Under the pieces are notes generated by a model that was given only the letters and a program-made list of their open reading frames with translations, had not been told where the DNA came from and ran no database searches. The position numbers and the translations under genes are program-made. Positions 43,641 to 56,700 of a DNA stretch of 64,000 bases are shown piece by piece. Position 1 is the first letter of the stretch; each line of letters begins with the position of its first letter. This DNA is from Bugula neritina (taxonomy: Eukaryota; Animalia; Bryozoa): contig OZ037769.1 in NCBI GenBank assembly GCA_964035545.1, forward strand, positions 8,661,929 to 8,725,928, in the 5' to 3' direction.

Positions 43641-44845
43641 CTCGACCCTTTAATTTCTATCTATTCACTTAGAGGGAATTAACAATTATATTATTATGCA
43701 TTTAAGATACTAAGCTAAAATACTAATATAGGTATGCATGCAAAGGTTATGGGGTAAATAGGTAAATTAATTTGTGGATAGGCCTATCTAAATATTTGGG
43801 TGGAGCTAGTCTCACACCTTTACTGTTCAACTCTGTAATTGCTAGCTGCACTTTTACCTTACGAATTAAGTCATCTCAGTTTTATGTGTTTCTATCTTTA
43901 CTTACACATTTGTCTTTACTTAGCCTGTTATATTCATCTGAAAATGACCCTTTTTGTACCCACTGCATTATAAGATGTTTAGCATCTGTCAAGTCAATAA
44001 TTGTGAGTCTGGGAGTTATGCTACCTTTATGCTTTACCAATCTTTTTCTTTTTGGGGTGATACACGCCAAAGTGGGGAATGTACCACTAATGTTTGCTTG
44101 CCTCACAATTTGTAGGTACCAATTCTGCATCGCCATTGTTTATTATGTCTGCCATAAATGCCACGTAATCTGTTTCATATTTCTGGTCTTTAAGCATTTT
44201 AGTTTTGAGGATATCAAGTCTGTGCACAGCTATTTGTCTATTGTCTGGTAATTGTGGCTTAGCATTTTTAAATGACAGTGGCATGCTGTAATAATTGTCT
44301 TTTCTTTGTTTAATATTGTTGCGCGTGTTATCTAAAAACTTGGCATCTCCCTGTGATATTTTATGAGTAGCAATGCACTTTGTGTCAGTATAATCTTGCT
44401 GTAGGACATTCAAGATATCTGAGCTCAAGTTCTGCTCGTGAGCCATAGCCCTATTGCATGTGGGAAATGAGTTTGTTTCATGCTTACCACGTTTGCCTAC
44501 AATACACCATCCTAGAGGTGTTCTCAGAGCAAAGGTGCTATGTATTGAACTAGCCTTGTCAATACACCACATAGATGCATATTATGACATACCACATTTT
44601 ATGTGCTCGGTTACTTTTTATTCTAATGTCTATTTGTTTAAACTCATTATATACAGTTTTTGCCATATCAATATACAAGCCAGTTGTTATTCTGTCACTG
44701 TTTATCTACATGTATTTTTTATGTCAGTTACTTGTTAGCTTCAATACAATACAGTCATACATTCTACTCTACAGCCAATCTTACTTATACGTGCTTAATC
44801 TTACTGTTTACTCTTGTTTAACATAAATAACAAGAACACAACAAC

Positions 44846-44863
44846 TGGTGTCAGAAGTGGGAT
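44846..44863 (+). promoter_or_regulatory. Primer-binding site, tRNA-Leu type (TGGTGTCAGAAGTGGGAT)
   Basis: Starts after a 2-nt spacer following the 5' LTR; complementary to a tRNA-Leu 3' end. Confidence 0.8.
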
Positions 44864-44886
44864 AAACACAACCATATCATTTTGAA

Positions 44887-47800
44887 ATGGAGGAAGTTAT
44901 AAAACAACTTATAACAACAATGCAGCAACAACAGCAGCAGCAGATGGAGCAATTCGCTCAAATACTGGGACAATTTACTACAGCTGTAAAGCCTGGTGAA
45001 CCTGCACAAAATAAATCTGTAACTGTGCCTAGATTCGACTCTTATGACAGAGACAAGGAATCATGGACTCAGTATTTACAGCGGCTCAATCAACACTTTA
45101 CCGTTTACAACGTAAGTGACGGTGAACAAAAACGAGCTTGCTTACTTTCATGGATTGGCTCAGAATGTTATGAATTGCTGACAAAACTGTATGGCTCAGA
45201 GGACATAACTACCATGTCGTTCGATAATCTAGCAGGTAAGCTTAGCACACATTTTATTGAAACAAAACATGTGCAAGCAGCTAGATATATGTTTTATAAC
45301 TGTAAAATGAAACCTAACCAGTCATACTCAGATTGGGCAGCTGATTTACGGGGTTTAGCTCGTAACTGCAATTTTACCTGTAAAAAGGAAGACTGTGGTG
45401 AAAGTTATGTTGATGATCAAATTCGTGACATAATTATTAAAGAAACTCCACATGCTGATGTACGTAGACAATGCTTATTGGATCCAGATCCTACACTGGA
45501 AAATGTGTTAAAGAAGGCAGCTACATACATTCAAACAGCAGAAACTGATAAAGTTTTGAAGGGTGAGACCTCTACACCTGTTACCACAAATCAAATGTCC
45601 TCAACATACAAACGTCAAAACAAAGGTAGTCAGGGCAAGAGACCACAATTTCACAAGTCTGAAAACCAGACTGCTATGCCAACACAGCCTTCAAAGTTGA
45701 AATCATGTCCACAATGCTACATTAGCCACGATCGTAAACAATGTCCTCATCGTAACAAACAATGTAAGCTGTGCAACAAAACAGGACATATTTCTAGCGT
45801 CTGCAAAACTTCATCAAAATCAAGTGGGAACAACTCTCACTTCGTAGAAGAATCTTCAAGTAGTGTTTACAATATATATGAACGCAAGGGGAAACAAATA
45901 TGGATTAACACTACTGTGAACAACAAACAAACACAATTTCAGTGGGACACAGGCGCTACTTGTTCTATGGTAGGGAACAAAGGCTACGAAGCCCTAGGCT
46001 CTCCACCATATCAACAGACAGACACGGCCCTTCATTCATATGGAAATACCGCTATGCAGGTACGTGGTGAATGCTATGTAACAGTAACCATTGGTCAGAC
46101 TACAAAAAACAATCTTCGATTATTAATAGTAGACTCAGATGAAGGTGTCAACTTACTGGGCGTAGACTGGAGTGACAGTTTTGGACTATCACAACAGGGT
46201 CTATCTGCTGTAGACAGTGACACCGAGGTTACTAACGCAGTACACAATGTTGATACCAAGGTCAAAGTTCTCACAACAAAATATCCCGATGTTTTCAAAC
46301 CTGGAATAGGACATTGTAAAACATTCAAAGTACCAATTTACCTCAAATCAGAACATAAACCTTGTTTTTCTAAACCTAGAGAAATTCCCTATTCTCAACA
46401 TGAGGCCACTAGGGCTGAATTAAACAGGCTTGAAGCTGAAGGTGTCATACAACGTATTAACTTCAGTAACTGGGCCGCTCCTATAGTAGTGGTTACCAAA
46501 CCATCTGGCAAAGTTCGCATCTGTGGAGATTTCAAGCGACTCAATCAGTGCATCTCCATAGATCAGCATCCACTACCAAAACTGGATGATTTAATGAACA
46601 GGCTTAGAGGAGGTAAATTCTTCACCAAACTTGACTTGGCTGATGCTTACCTACAACTTGAGCTAGAAGATGATGCCAAACAGCTGTGTGTGATAAACAC
46701 TCCATTCGGATTATACCAATATAATAGAATGTGCTTTGGAATTGCCCCTGGTCCAGCTCAGTTTCAACGGTGTATGGATACCTTGACTCAAAAATTACCA
46801 GGAGTTGCTGCATACCTTGATGATTTAATCATTACTGGTAAAACGGAGGAAGAACACTGGACTAATCTGACAAACCTGCTTTCAACACTTCAAGAGCATG
46901 GTTTTCGAATACGATTAGACAAGTGTGAATTCTTCAAGCACTCTGTTGAGTATCTGGGTCACACCATCGACAAGGATGGCAAACGACCAACAGCTGCTTC
47001 CATGGCAGCTCTCTCTCAATTACCTCGACCACAGGACTTGCACCAACTGCAAGCATTTCTAGGAAAGGTTAACTACTATGGGCGCTTCATCTCTAATCTT
47101 GCGGATAAAGCAGCTCCACTGTACAAGCTCCTCAAGAATGATGCCACATTCACATGGTCAAATGAATGTGAACAAGCCTTTACCCAGCTGAAGAATAGCA
47201 TTATCAATGCTACTAGCCTGACACACTATGATGAGACAAAACCCCTAATTCTTGCAGCCGATGCGTCATCCTATGGATTAGGAGTTGTTCTCTCGCAGGA
47301 TACTGATCAGGGAGAAGTTCCAGTGGCTTACGCTTCAAAAACATTGACTGACACTCAAAAGAACTACTCTCAGATTGAACGTGAAGCTCTCTCTATTATA
47401 TATGGTGTGACCAAGTTCAGACAATTCCTATATGGACGACATTTTACGCTGGTCACAGACCATGAGCCTCTCACTACTATTTTTGCACCAGGCAAAAATA
47501 TTCCAACGTTAACAGCACAGCGTTTACAACGCTGAGCTCTCATTCTGATGGGTTTCCAGTTTACTATCAGGTACAGGAAGACCTCCCAACATGGGAATGC
47601 TGATTGTCTTTCGAGGTTACCATTTGGTCCTGATAGCAATTTTGACCGGATCGAGCAGCAGGACAACAAGGAGATATCCCATGCAATACAAGAGCAAATA
47701 TTTACATCATCTGTTGCTGGATACAATGAGGTCAGACAGGAAACTGTCAAAGATCAACACCTTCAACGTGTCGTAACATGGATTCAGCAAGGTTGGCCAG

Positions 47801-48930
47801 TCACAAAACCAGATGACAAAGAACTGGGCACTTTCTGGATTCACCGTGACTCCCTGCAACTTGAACAAGGTGTATTGTTGTTGATACGCGAACAAACAAG
47901 TCGTGTAGTTCTACCTCGTTCACTTCAATGCAGAATACTAGACACACTTCATTCTTCACACTGGGGTGTAGTCAAGGTAAAGCAACTAGCTCGCCGCTAT
48001 GTGTGGTGGAGCACCATCAACACGGATATTGAGCTAGCCATAAAATCTTGTGAAGTATGCCAGGAGTCAGCAGCTGCTCCAGACCAGAAGTTTCAAAGCT
48101 GGCCCAAGACAGACAAGCCATGGGAACGCATACATCTAGATTTTGCTGGACCTTTTAGAGGAAAAATGTGGCTTATCTGCATTGATGCTTGTTCAAAATT
48201 TCCATATATTGGACGCATGGAAATAGGGCAGACAACTTCTCGCCAAACATTACAAGTATTAAAGGATATCTTTGCTATAGAAGGTGTACCTGCTACTATA
48301 GTTACAGATAATGGCCCACAGTTTTCCAGCCAGGAATTTACTAATTTCTGCAACAGTTTCCACATCAACCATGTCTTGTCACCTCCATACCACCCACCTT
48401 CAAATGGTGAAGCTGAACGATTTGTCAGAACTTTTAAAAGCTCTGTGGACAAGAATTGTGAGGGAGGAGCATCTCTAGACGAGAGTATCAGACTTACATT
48501 AGCATCATACAGAACCATTCCACATCCTGCTTTGGAATGGAAAACACCTGCAAAAGTCCTGCATGGCCGCCAGCCCAGAGGCTTACTATCCCTTCTCCAA
48601 CCTACTAATCACAAATACCCTAAACATGACAAGCCACAGACAACACAGTTCACTATTGACTCACTAGTGTACGCTCGTAACTACAGTACTGGTCCAAAGT
48701 GGATCCCAGGAACTATCATATCAAAACAAGGAAATGCTATCTACATAGTACAAACAGACAGTGGCAACTGGAAGAGGCATGCTAATCAGCTTCAAATTCG
48801 CCTTCCATCTACAAATATGAACAAATCAGTGGTACCCAACACACCCCAAGCTGATAATAATATTGTCCATCCTCATGAGAGGCGCTATCCAACCAGAGAG
48901 CGCAGACAGCCAGATTGGTACAAGCCATAA
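44887..48930 (+). CDS. Gag-Pol polyprotein (zinc knuckles, protease DTGA, RT YLDD, RNase H, integrase HHCC/DDE/GPxW) with one in-frame TGA at 47533-47535
   Basis: ORFs 44887-47535 and 47548-48930 share a frame; RLQR*ALILMG where W is conserved. Confidence 0.95.
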
Positions 48931-49741
48931 CTCTTAAGTCTAAATTTGTGAGGGAGGAGTGCTATGTATTGAACTAGCCTTGTCAATACACCACATAGAT
49001 GCATATTATGACATACCACATTTTATGTGCTCGGTTACTTTTTATTCTAATGTCTATTTGTTTAAACTCATTATATACAGTTTTTGCCATATCAATATAC
49101 AAGCCAGTTGTTATTCTGTCACTGTTTATCTACATGTATTTTTTATGTCAGTTACTTGTTAGCTTCAATACAATACAGTCATACATTCTACTCTACAGCC
49201 AATCTTACTTATACGTGCTTAATCTTACTGTTTACTCTTGTTTAACATAAATAACAAGAACACAACAAAAGGGATCATTGATTGCAAGGCCTATTTTAGT
49301 TTCAAGTGGCACTAAAGCTCTGGAGCTGTCATACCCTATAAAAATTCATATCTCTATATCTAAACCTTGTGGTATTTTACCTGCAATGCATTTAAGGTGT
49401 GGCCATCTATTGGCAATTTCTCGTGTGGGTATGTGCTGCTTGTTAATTAGAATGCTGTCCGTACTGTAAGTCTTTCCTACTTGTATCTGCTCATGCATGT
49501 TCAGTCCTCTAATAGTCAAGTTATTGTACACCTTACACTTCATTTCCAAGTTGTCAGCTGTCATTGTTGTTAGTTTAAGAGAAACTGGTTTGCTTGTAGC
49601 TGTTTGTAGCTTACTAACAACTTGGTTGGTTACAAATGCGGTATCTGACATGCTATCTAAAAGTGCATAAGTTAGCATTTCCTCAAGATTTACAGCACAA
49701 CTATACCAACACTTTATTATCTCTATCTCTTACAAGGAGGG

Positions 49742-50126
49742 TGTAATGTTACGAAATGAGATGTTTACAGGAATTATAACTCGTAGTACCATCACGCACA
49801 ATCACAATGTCATCAACCTTCAATTAGCCTATATAACCACTACCTGCCAGTAGTCAACCTAATGCTTCTTTAATTACTACCCCAAAACAGTAGCTACGCA
49901 TGTAGAATGATTCATAGTCAGCAGTTATGCTTGCATCAGCTGTGATGTCACAGGTGTTTGTTTACTTCAGCCCACTTCTTTGAAACAGTAAGATCATACC
50001 CCAAAATAGCTAAAATGTGAAACCATACCTCTTACAACGCAATAATGTTTATCAAATGGATTAGTATATAAGACAAAACCATTTTTAGTAGTTGCAATAT
50101 TGTTGGTCATGCTGTCAGTTTAGACA
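49742..50126 (+). repeat. Second BEL/Pao LTR (385 bp) in opposite orientation, preceded by PPT-like aaggaggg
   Basis: About 95% identical to the reverse complement of 43252-43640 (about 15 substitutions and 2 small indels by manual count). Confidence 0.85.
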
Positions 50127-50245
50127 TATTTTTTAAGTTTATGTAAGACTACCAAAGAGTAGCATTATTTGAAAGACTGTGCAAAGCCACAGCATCAACA
50201 TAACAGTAGATTAGGAGAGAGAGAAAAGGTAACAAACTTCTATTT

Positions 50246-50269
<24 letters not shown>

Positions 50270-50301
<32 letters not shown>
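50270..50301. repeat. (TA)n microsatellite
   Basis: Seen directly. Confidence 0.95.
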
Positions 50302-50304
<3 letters not shown>

Positions 50305-52132
50305 GATTACATTTTTATACTATAAAGTTTCAATAATATGGACTGTAGTTACATGCTATGTTGAATTGTTATTTCATGCTGCTATCTACAATTTATGATA
50401 TACATTGCTAGTGCCTTTACATACATACTTATTATACTACATACATTTTGTTTGCGTTAATATCATTATGCCTTATGTTGTATTATTATTATTTTAGTTT
50501 TTACAGTCAGTATTTGATCAGCATTGGTGATTCAAATAAACTCTGATCACGGCTAAAACCCTCCCTATTCCTAGTCAGGCTGTATAAGCTAGAGTGTCAC
50601 TCTAAAGCAAGAATCATAGCAAAGAGTGTCATTCTATAGAGGGAGATCTCTGCCTGATTACATCACATTACGTAGAGGTAGGTTAAGTAAAGGGCAAAAT
50701 TAGAAACTTACCATAAGAAGTCGTTTTCTTAAACCGAATTAGTGAACTTAGGCTATCTCAATTTTTCCACTGATCGTAATGCTCTAAAAGTACATGTGAG
50801 TATTTGTCTGTATATATATGTATATACAACAATATTTTTAAAATTAGTATTCACACAAATGTATATTATTTCAAGTTTTTGCATAATATTTTTTTACTCT
50901 AAATGAACTTCACACCCAAATTTAGTATGAGTTAAAAATACTTAAGCTACCTATCTCAATTATTTTACTGTTGCTCAGCAATATTGCTATATTTTGCTTT
51001 CAATCTTAGAATTAGGACATGTACATTAAAAGTTTTTACTTGATATTTCAATTGTGCAATTCATTCAATATACCTTTAAAGTTATATATAATTTGCTGGA
51101 TGTACATCTATATTTTTTTATAAGACAAGTTGTTGTATTTCTAGTATAATTAATTGAAATGCATTTGACAAATATATAGTTGTAGTTGAAGTTTAAAAAA
51201 AAATTTGTGATCTAATGAAAAAGTTTGTAGTGGTAATGGTTTTCTTTGCCACATATATAAATAGTTCTACAGTATAATCATACGTTACATAACTACTTTC
51301 AAAAAGACACTTCAACATATTTCTAACTATATGAGTATCATTTTATAGATACTACAAACATTGACATGCCTCAGTTTACCCTGATAGCTGGAATAATGCC
51401 ATTGTTTGCTTATGCATACTTTGCTGTCCCAGAGGGAACTCCTTTCAGATGGAAGAAAATTACCAGTTACATTAAAGACCATTTGGCCAAGATTCAAAGC
51501 TATGAAGAGCTTACAAAAATAACTGTGAGTGTTTCTGTTGATTTAGAAACTAGCTTACGGCAATATAATTGATTCACTAGAAATTTAATAATTTTGTATT
51601 TGAAGTTTTTCTAAATATATTTTTGAGAGATGTAATGAAAAAAAAGGAAATGTTGTAAATTAACTGAATATCATACACCGTTGTTAGTAAAATATCATCG
51701 CACAACAGTAAATACGATAACTTTGGTTAAATGCTTAGTTTAAAGTAATGAGATATTGGCAGAAACTCTAGGTAATCGCATGGCTTCCTGTAGAAAGCTA
51801 GTCACATATGGAAATTTTTGAAAACACCCTTTTAATGTTTATGAATTGGATAAGAGGCAATGTGTATTACAAAATAAAATGTTTTAAATTAAAACTAGGT
51901 TGGAGCTAAAAAGCATAAAGAGAGTAACTATGAGTGCAGCAGTTTTTACAAAGAAGTGTTCCGGATCATTGGGGAAGATAATTTGATGGTGTACAACCTT
52001 CCTTTAAAATCTCATATGGTGTTTTTACCAAAAAAGAAGCTATGTTGTGACCAGGTCGGTTAATATTTAAATCATTAAAAGTATTTCATTAGTGTATATG
52101 CGTATCTGGTATTATATATTATGAATAGCTAG

Positions 52133-52430
52133 CAGAGTTGGGGTAGTTGTAATTGGTTGTAATTAATTACATTTACTAAAGTAATTGAATGTAATTTGTA
52201 ATTGATGTATAAGAATTTGATTGTAATTGTAATTAATAAAGAATTGCTAATGTTTTTGAATTTAATGTCATATTTATCAACATATTTTTTACTGTTAAGA
52301 ACAAAGAAGGTTTTCAGTTGTCAAAATTGCCCCAGAAATGAGATTAAATAACATTTAGTACTCTCTTGTTAGGACAAATAATCTTGTAATTGTAATTAAT
52401 TACATTACCATGTAATTGACTCCAACCTTG
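52133..52430. mobile_element. hAT-like MITE (298 bp) in a transposase intron
   Basis: 8-bp TSD ATAGCTAG (52125-32, 52431-38); termini cagagttgg...ccaaccttg; internal tgtaatt repeats. Confidence 0.8.
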
Positions 52431-53760
52431 ATAGCTAGAGTAGTAAAAAACCTTTGTACCAGTGTATGTTATCAACTTTTCACTAATGTAGATTATGAAG
52501 ATAGACAAAGATCGGCCATCGGAAGTTGTAGTGTATACACGAGATGGTATGTCAACAGCACAAGTGTATCACACTATGTGCAGCAAATGTAAAACTGCAT
52601 ATTTTCCAACTTATGAAGAAACCAACACCAGCAGAACATTCTACACAACATCAAAGGACGATAAAATTATGATGACAAGCCGGTCAACAGCCTTTACATT
52701 GGATTGCCTTAAAGAAGTGCTAGTTGATATTCAACTAGGTCGCAGCTTTGGGGAGCTCTGTGAGCGATACAGTAAGCTGTATGGCTCAGATGAGTACAGA
52801 GGAGAAGTTTTTAAAACCAGACTAGAAGATGTTTATTTTATAGCCCAGCTATTAAAATACTTCAATAACAATGTCAGCTTCTCAAAAGATAATATAGCTA
52901 ACCGGCTTGCCATAGATGACGTGTGTGATGAAGCAGCTGAAATAATATTCGCACAGAACAGTAAATGGGCTGCTCACAATTGTAAAATAAAAGGTTGCTC
53001 AGAGGGATTTGTTATGTGTGATGGCAATGAAAAAATAAACAGAAGAATTTGTGCTGCTCCTAAACAACATTTTAAGCTAGGGAAGGGAATGCCCAACACT
53101 ATAGGTTGCTGCCCAAACACACCAACTTTAGGAGGAAAAAACAAATCCTCGTCGGTATATTGCAAAGATCATCAATTTTTAGATTCAGACATTGTTGACA
53201 AACACATCATAGTGACAATTAATGTGCCAGATCAAGCTGTATCATCTAGGATTGTTGATGTGAGTAAAGATGTGGTAAAGATGCAAGAAGAAGATGAAAA
53301 TATTGGCTGCAAAAAAAACAAAGAATATAACTAGATTTCATCAAAAAACAGCTGGGATTATGGCCATTGTCAAGCCCTGTGGGATAATCATAGATCATCG
53401 GGAGATGTACACTTGTGAATCGGCAAGCCAACTCTTTGTCCAGTTGTTGAAGTTAATAGATGATCATGGAGACAAGTTGAAATATGTGGGCTATGACAGG
53501 GCATGTGAATTTCAGCCATTTGTGGAGCGACTGCATAAGAACGGAAATGCTGGTGCAGCTGAGCTCAGCAAATTGAAATATCTGGTAGACAGATTTCACA
53601 TCAGAGGTCATACAAAAGCAGAGTGTGACATTTCCCAAGCCTCATGCAAATACCATCCAGATTTGCCGATCTTCACGGAAATAAGTGCAGCAAACACAGA
53701 ATGTGCAGAGCAAACATTCTCCTGGCTAAAGAAGTATAAGCATACCGTTAAATACATGAC

Positions 53761-56700
53761 TGTCACAAATTCTGAGTGTACATATACCTATGGACTTACC
53801 GGGTTTTTCCTAATGATTATATACGAATGTTCATAAATATTCTAGACTGATCAAAGAGATGGGTCATTGTTCATTGTTATTGTTTTCATTAGTCATGTTA
53901 ACTACTGCCCAGCAATGTAAACAAGGTGTTGCGCAATAATTGCGAAATAACCATGGAAATTCCAATGTTTTGTTTTGTTTTGATTTTCTATAAATAGTAT
54001 TGGCATGTGAGGAATGTTTTCTACTAGAATCTTCTATACTGGAATGCTTGAGAATGTCCTAGAGTGTTTTGTTTACTATAAATACTGAAGCAGTTGTGTT
54101 TACGAATCAGTTCATTTTTATAAGTTCGTCTGCGCATATCTTACTCGAGAAATAAAGTCTACTCATATTCACAACTCTATTTACTCTTAACTGGATTAGC
54201 AAGCTGTATGCTACTTGTCTATACACTTCTGACTACCAGACTTTTCGAACTCGTCACACTGCTACCAACAGTTTTGTGACAATTGGGGGCTGCTCCGGGA
54301 AGTCTCAGTCGCACACAGGGAAGTTATTAGTTACAACGTGAGTATACACAGGATTAATTAACAGTTGTTGAGACATTATGGCGTTGTTGGAGAGAGTGAC
54401 ACAGATGGGTAAAGATCTTGGACTGGTGGATGACAAGCTCGTAGCTTTTGTTGAAAAGAACCTACCCATTGTTGCTGCACAAGAAGAAAAAGAAAAGGAC
54501 CGAGAGGAAAAAGAAAAGGACCGAGAGGAGCGGAGATTAGAGCGTGAGGCGGAAAGGATCAGGCAAGAAAATGAGAAAGCCATAATGGAGATGAAGATAA
54601 AAGCTGACCAGGAGGCAGAAGAGAGAAGACAACAACATGAATTAGATATGGAAAAGCTGAAAGCTAACACAAGTTTGGAGCACTCAAGACATGAGAGCAC
54701 CAGGTTAGAAATAGCTAACAAACCAAAACCAAAAATACCATTCTTTGATGAGAAGGTGGACGAAATGGATAGCTATTTAGAGCGGTTCGAGTGGGTTGCC
54801 GAAGGATGTAACTGGGACAAGGGAGATTGGCCCTACCATCTCAGTCAGTACCTAAGGGGTACAGCAACAGAAGCTTACATCCGGTTGTCACCTACCGATC
54901 GTAGAGATTATAAAAAAGTCAAAGAAGCCTTATTGGAGCGCTTTAACTTGACTCAAGAGGGCTACAGAAAAAAGCTCAGAGAGGCAGAAGCTTACGAGGA
55001 TGAAACTCCTGCCCAACTGTTCACTAGGATAGAAAGTTATGTGCCCAAGTGGGTGGAGCTTTCAGGGGGCATGGACATAGCCAAACTAGTGGCGACTGAA
55101 CAATTTATATCATCATGCCCAGACGACCTAGCTATGCATTTAAAGCAAAGTTCCTACAACAGCAGTGAAGATATGTGTGATGCAGCATCACTGTTTTTGC
55201 ACGCCCGTGGAAGAAAACTAGCAAAGACTAAGAAAACTAATACAAAAAGGATGGAAAACACACCCACCGGTAGCATGAATGCTGAACAAGGAAGTAAAAG
55301 CGATGGGGCATGCTTTATTTGCAAAGATAAGTCACACATTGCTCGTAACTGCCTACGGCGGGGGAAGAAGTACTGTTCACATTGCAAGATGAACAATCAC
55401 AATACTTCAGACTGCAGAAAGTATGGTGGAAGGTCGGTGCATGCTGCTGCTGCAATAGCGACTACTCAGAATAAGACTGTGGTCACAGATCCAGGAATCT
55501 CATTTAAAGTGGAAGAACCTACGGAAATCACAGTTAATGGTAAAAAGTTTGTCAACGCTGCTGTCTGCAAGAATGGACCTAAATTCAAAGATGGGGGCAC
55601 AGCAATATTTGATGCGGAAGTTAATGGCCAACGAGCTACTGTAATGTGCGACACCGGCTGTGGTTGCATTGTAGTCAATGCAAAGTATGTGCAACTTCAA
55701 CACTTAACTGGAGAATCAGTTTATCTGAATATGGCTGTTGCAAGTGTTAGGGAGGCTCAGTGGGCACTTATCTCAGTGCGCTCACCGTTTTACAATGGTG
55801 TCGTCAAAGCTGCAGTAATGGACAAGACGATTTGTGACCTGCTTATTGGGAATGTGGATGGAGCAAGATCAGCTGACCAGCCGCTGGAAAACTGGAAGGA
55901 TTGCGCCGTAACCACAAGAGCTCAAGCTGTCAAGGAAAAGTCAGGAGACAAACCACTGATGATAGATTCAAATGCTAACCCATTAAGTATAGGGAAAGAT
56001 GAGATAGCCAGACTGCAGAGGGATGACCCCACATTGGAGCGTTTCTTCGATGCAAAAGAAGTGAAGGAGAAAAAGGGATGCACCACTAGGTTTGTGGTGA
56101 GGAATAAGATTCTGTACCGTGAGTACACCGACTCGAAGTCTGTCAGTGTAAAACCTGTTAAACAACTCATGGTACCCAGTTCACTGAGGAAGGAAGTTCT
56201 ACAGAAAGCTCATGACTGCATAATGAGCGGACACCTAGGAGTAAAGAAAACCACTGATAGAGTGCTTTCCAACTTCTTCTGGCCAGGACTAAACGGAGAT
56301 GTCGTACGTTTCTGTCAATCATGTGACATTTGCCAGAAGACGGTGAAAAAAGGCTCAGTCATGAAAGTTCCAGTACAGGAAACTCCACTAATTGACACCC
56401 CATTCAAGAGATGTGCAATAGACCTAGTCGGACCAATTAACCCTCCAAGTGAGAAAGGACACCGCTACATCCTAACTTTAGTTGACTATGCTACAAGATA
56501 TCCTGAAGCTACACCATTGAAGAACATTGACTCAGCTACGGTAGCTGAAGCGCTGCTTGACATGTACAGCCGTGTTGGGATACCAGAGGAGGTGATAAGC
56601 GACCAAGGAACTCAATTCATCTCGGACTACATGAAAGAGTTTACCAGATTACTTGACATGCGACAACTTCCTACTTCACCGTACCATGCAATGGCCAATG

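Larger units (their letters stand above)
44536..49267 (+). mobile_element. Ty3/Gypsy (Mag-like) LTR retrotransposon, full length, 4,732 bp
   Basis: 308-bp LTRs 44536-44843 and 48960-49267 look identical; 5-bp TSD AAAGG (44531-35, 49268-72); PBS and PPT (gagggaggag) present. Confidence 0.97.
43252..50126 (-). mobile_element. Internally deleted BEL/Pao LTR retrotransposon remnant with inverted LTRs, interrupted by a Gypsy
   Basis: Protease TYALLDSMSD; NDPF|ALRTPLGWCIVG rejoined across the Gypsy; YYSMPLSFK...LPDNRQIA, WYIPHFGVYHPKK; C-terminal DDLIRKVKV...RPIHKL; gag, RT, RNase H and the IN core are missing. Confidence 0.8.

Noticed and set aside
44454-44826. Duplicated small ORFs (also 48959-49250)
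   Set aside because: Chance ORFs inside the two Gypsy LTRs.
47533-47538. Programmed stop-codon readthrough
   Set aside because: Context TGA-GCT is not a typical leaky context and the stop replaces a conserved Trp; a point mutation is simpler.
43252-50126. DIRS or Ginger element, suggested by long inverted repeats with TGT...ACA ends
   Set aside because: No tyrosine recombinase or Ginger transposase; the internal sequence is BEL/Pao and the repeat sits at the 3'-LTR position after a PPT-like tract; no TSD.
51799-51862. Additional transposase exon (SHMEIFENTLLMFMNWIRGN)
   Set aside because: Would need an implausibly short intron or a frameshift to join 51899; left out of the model pending RNA data.
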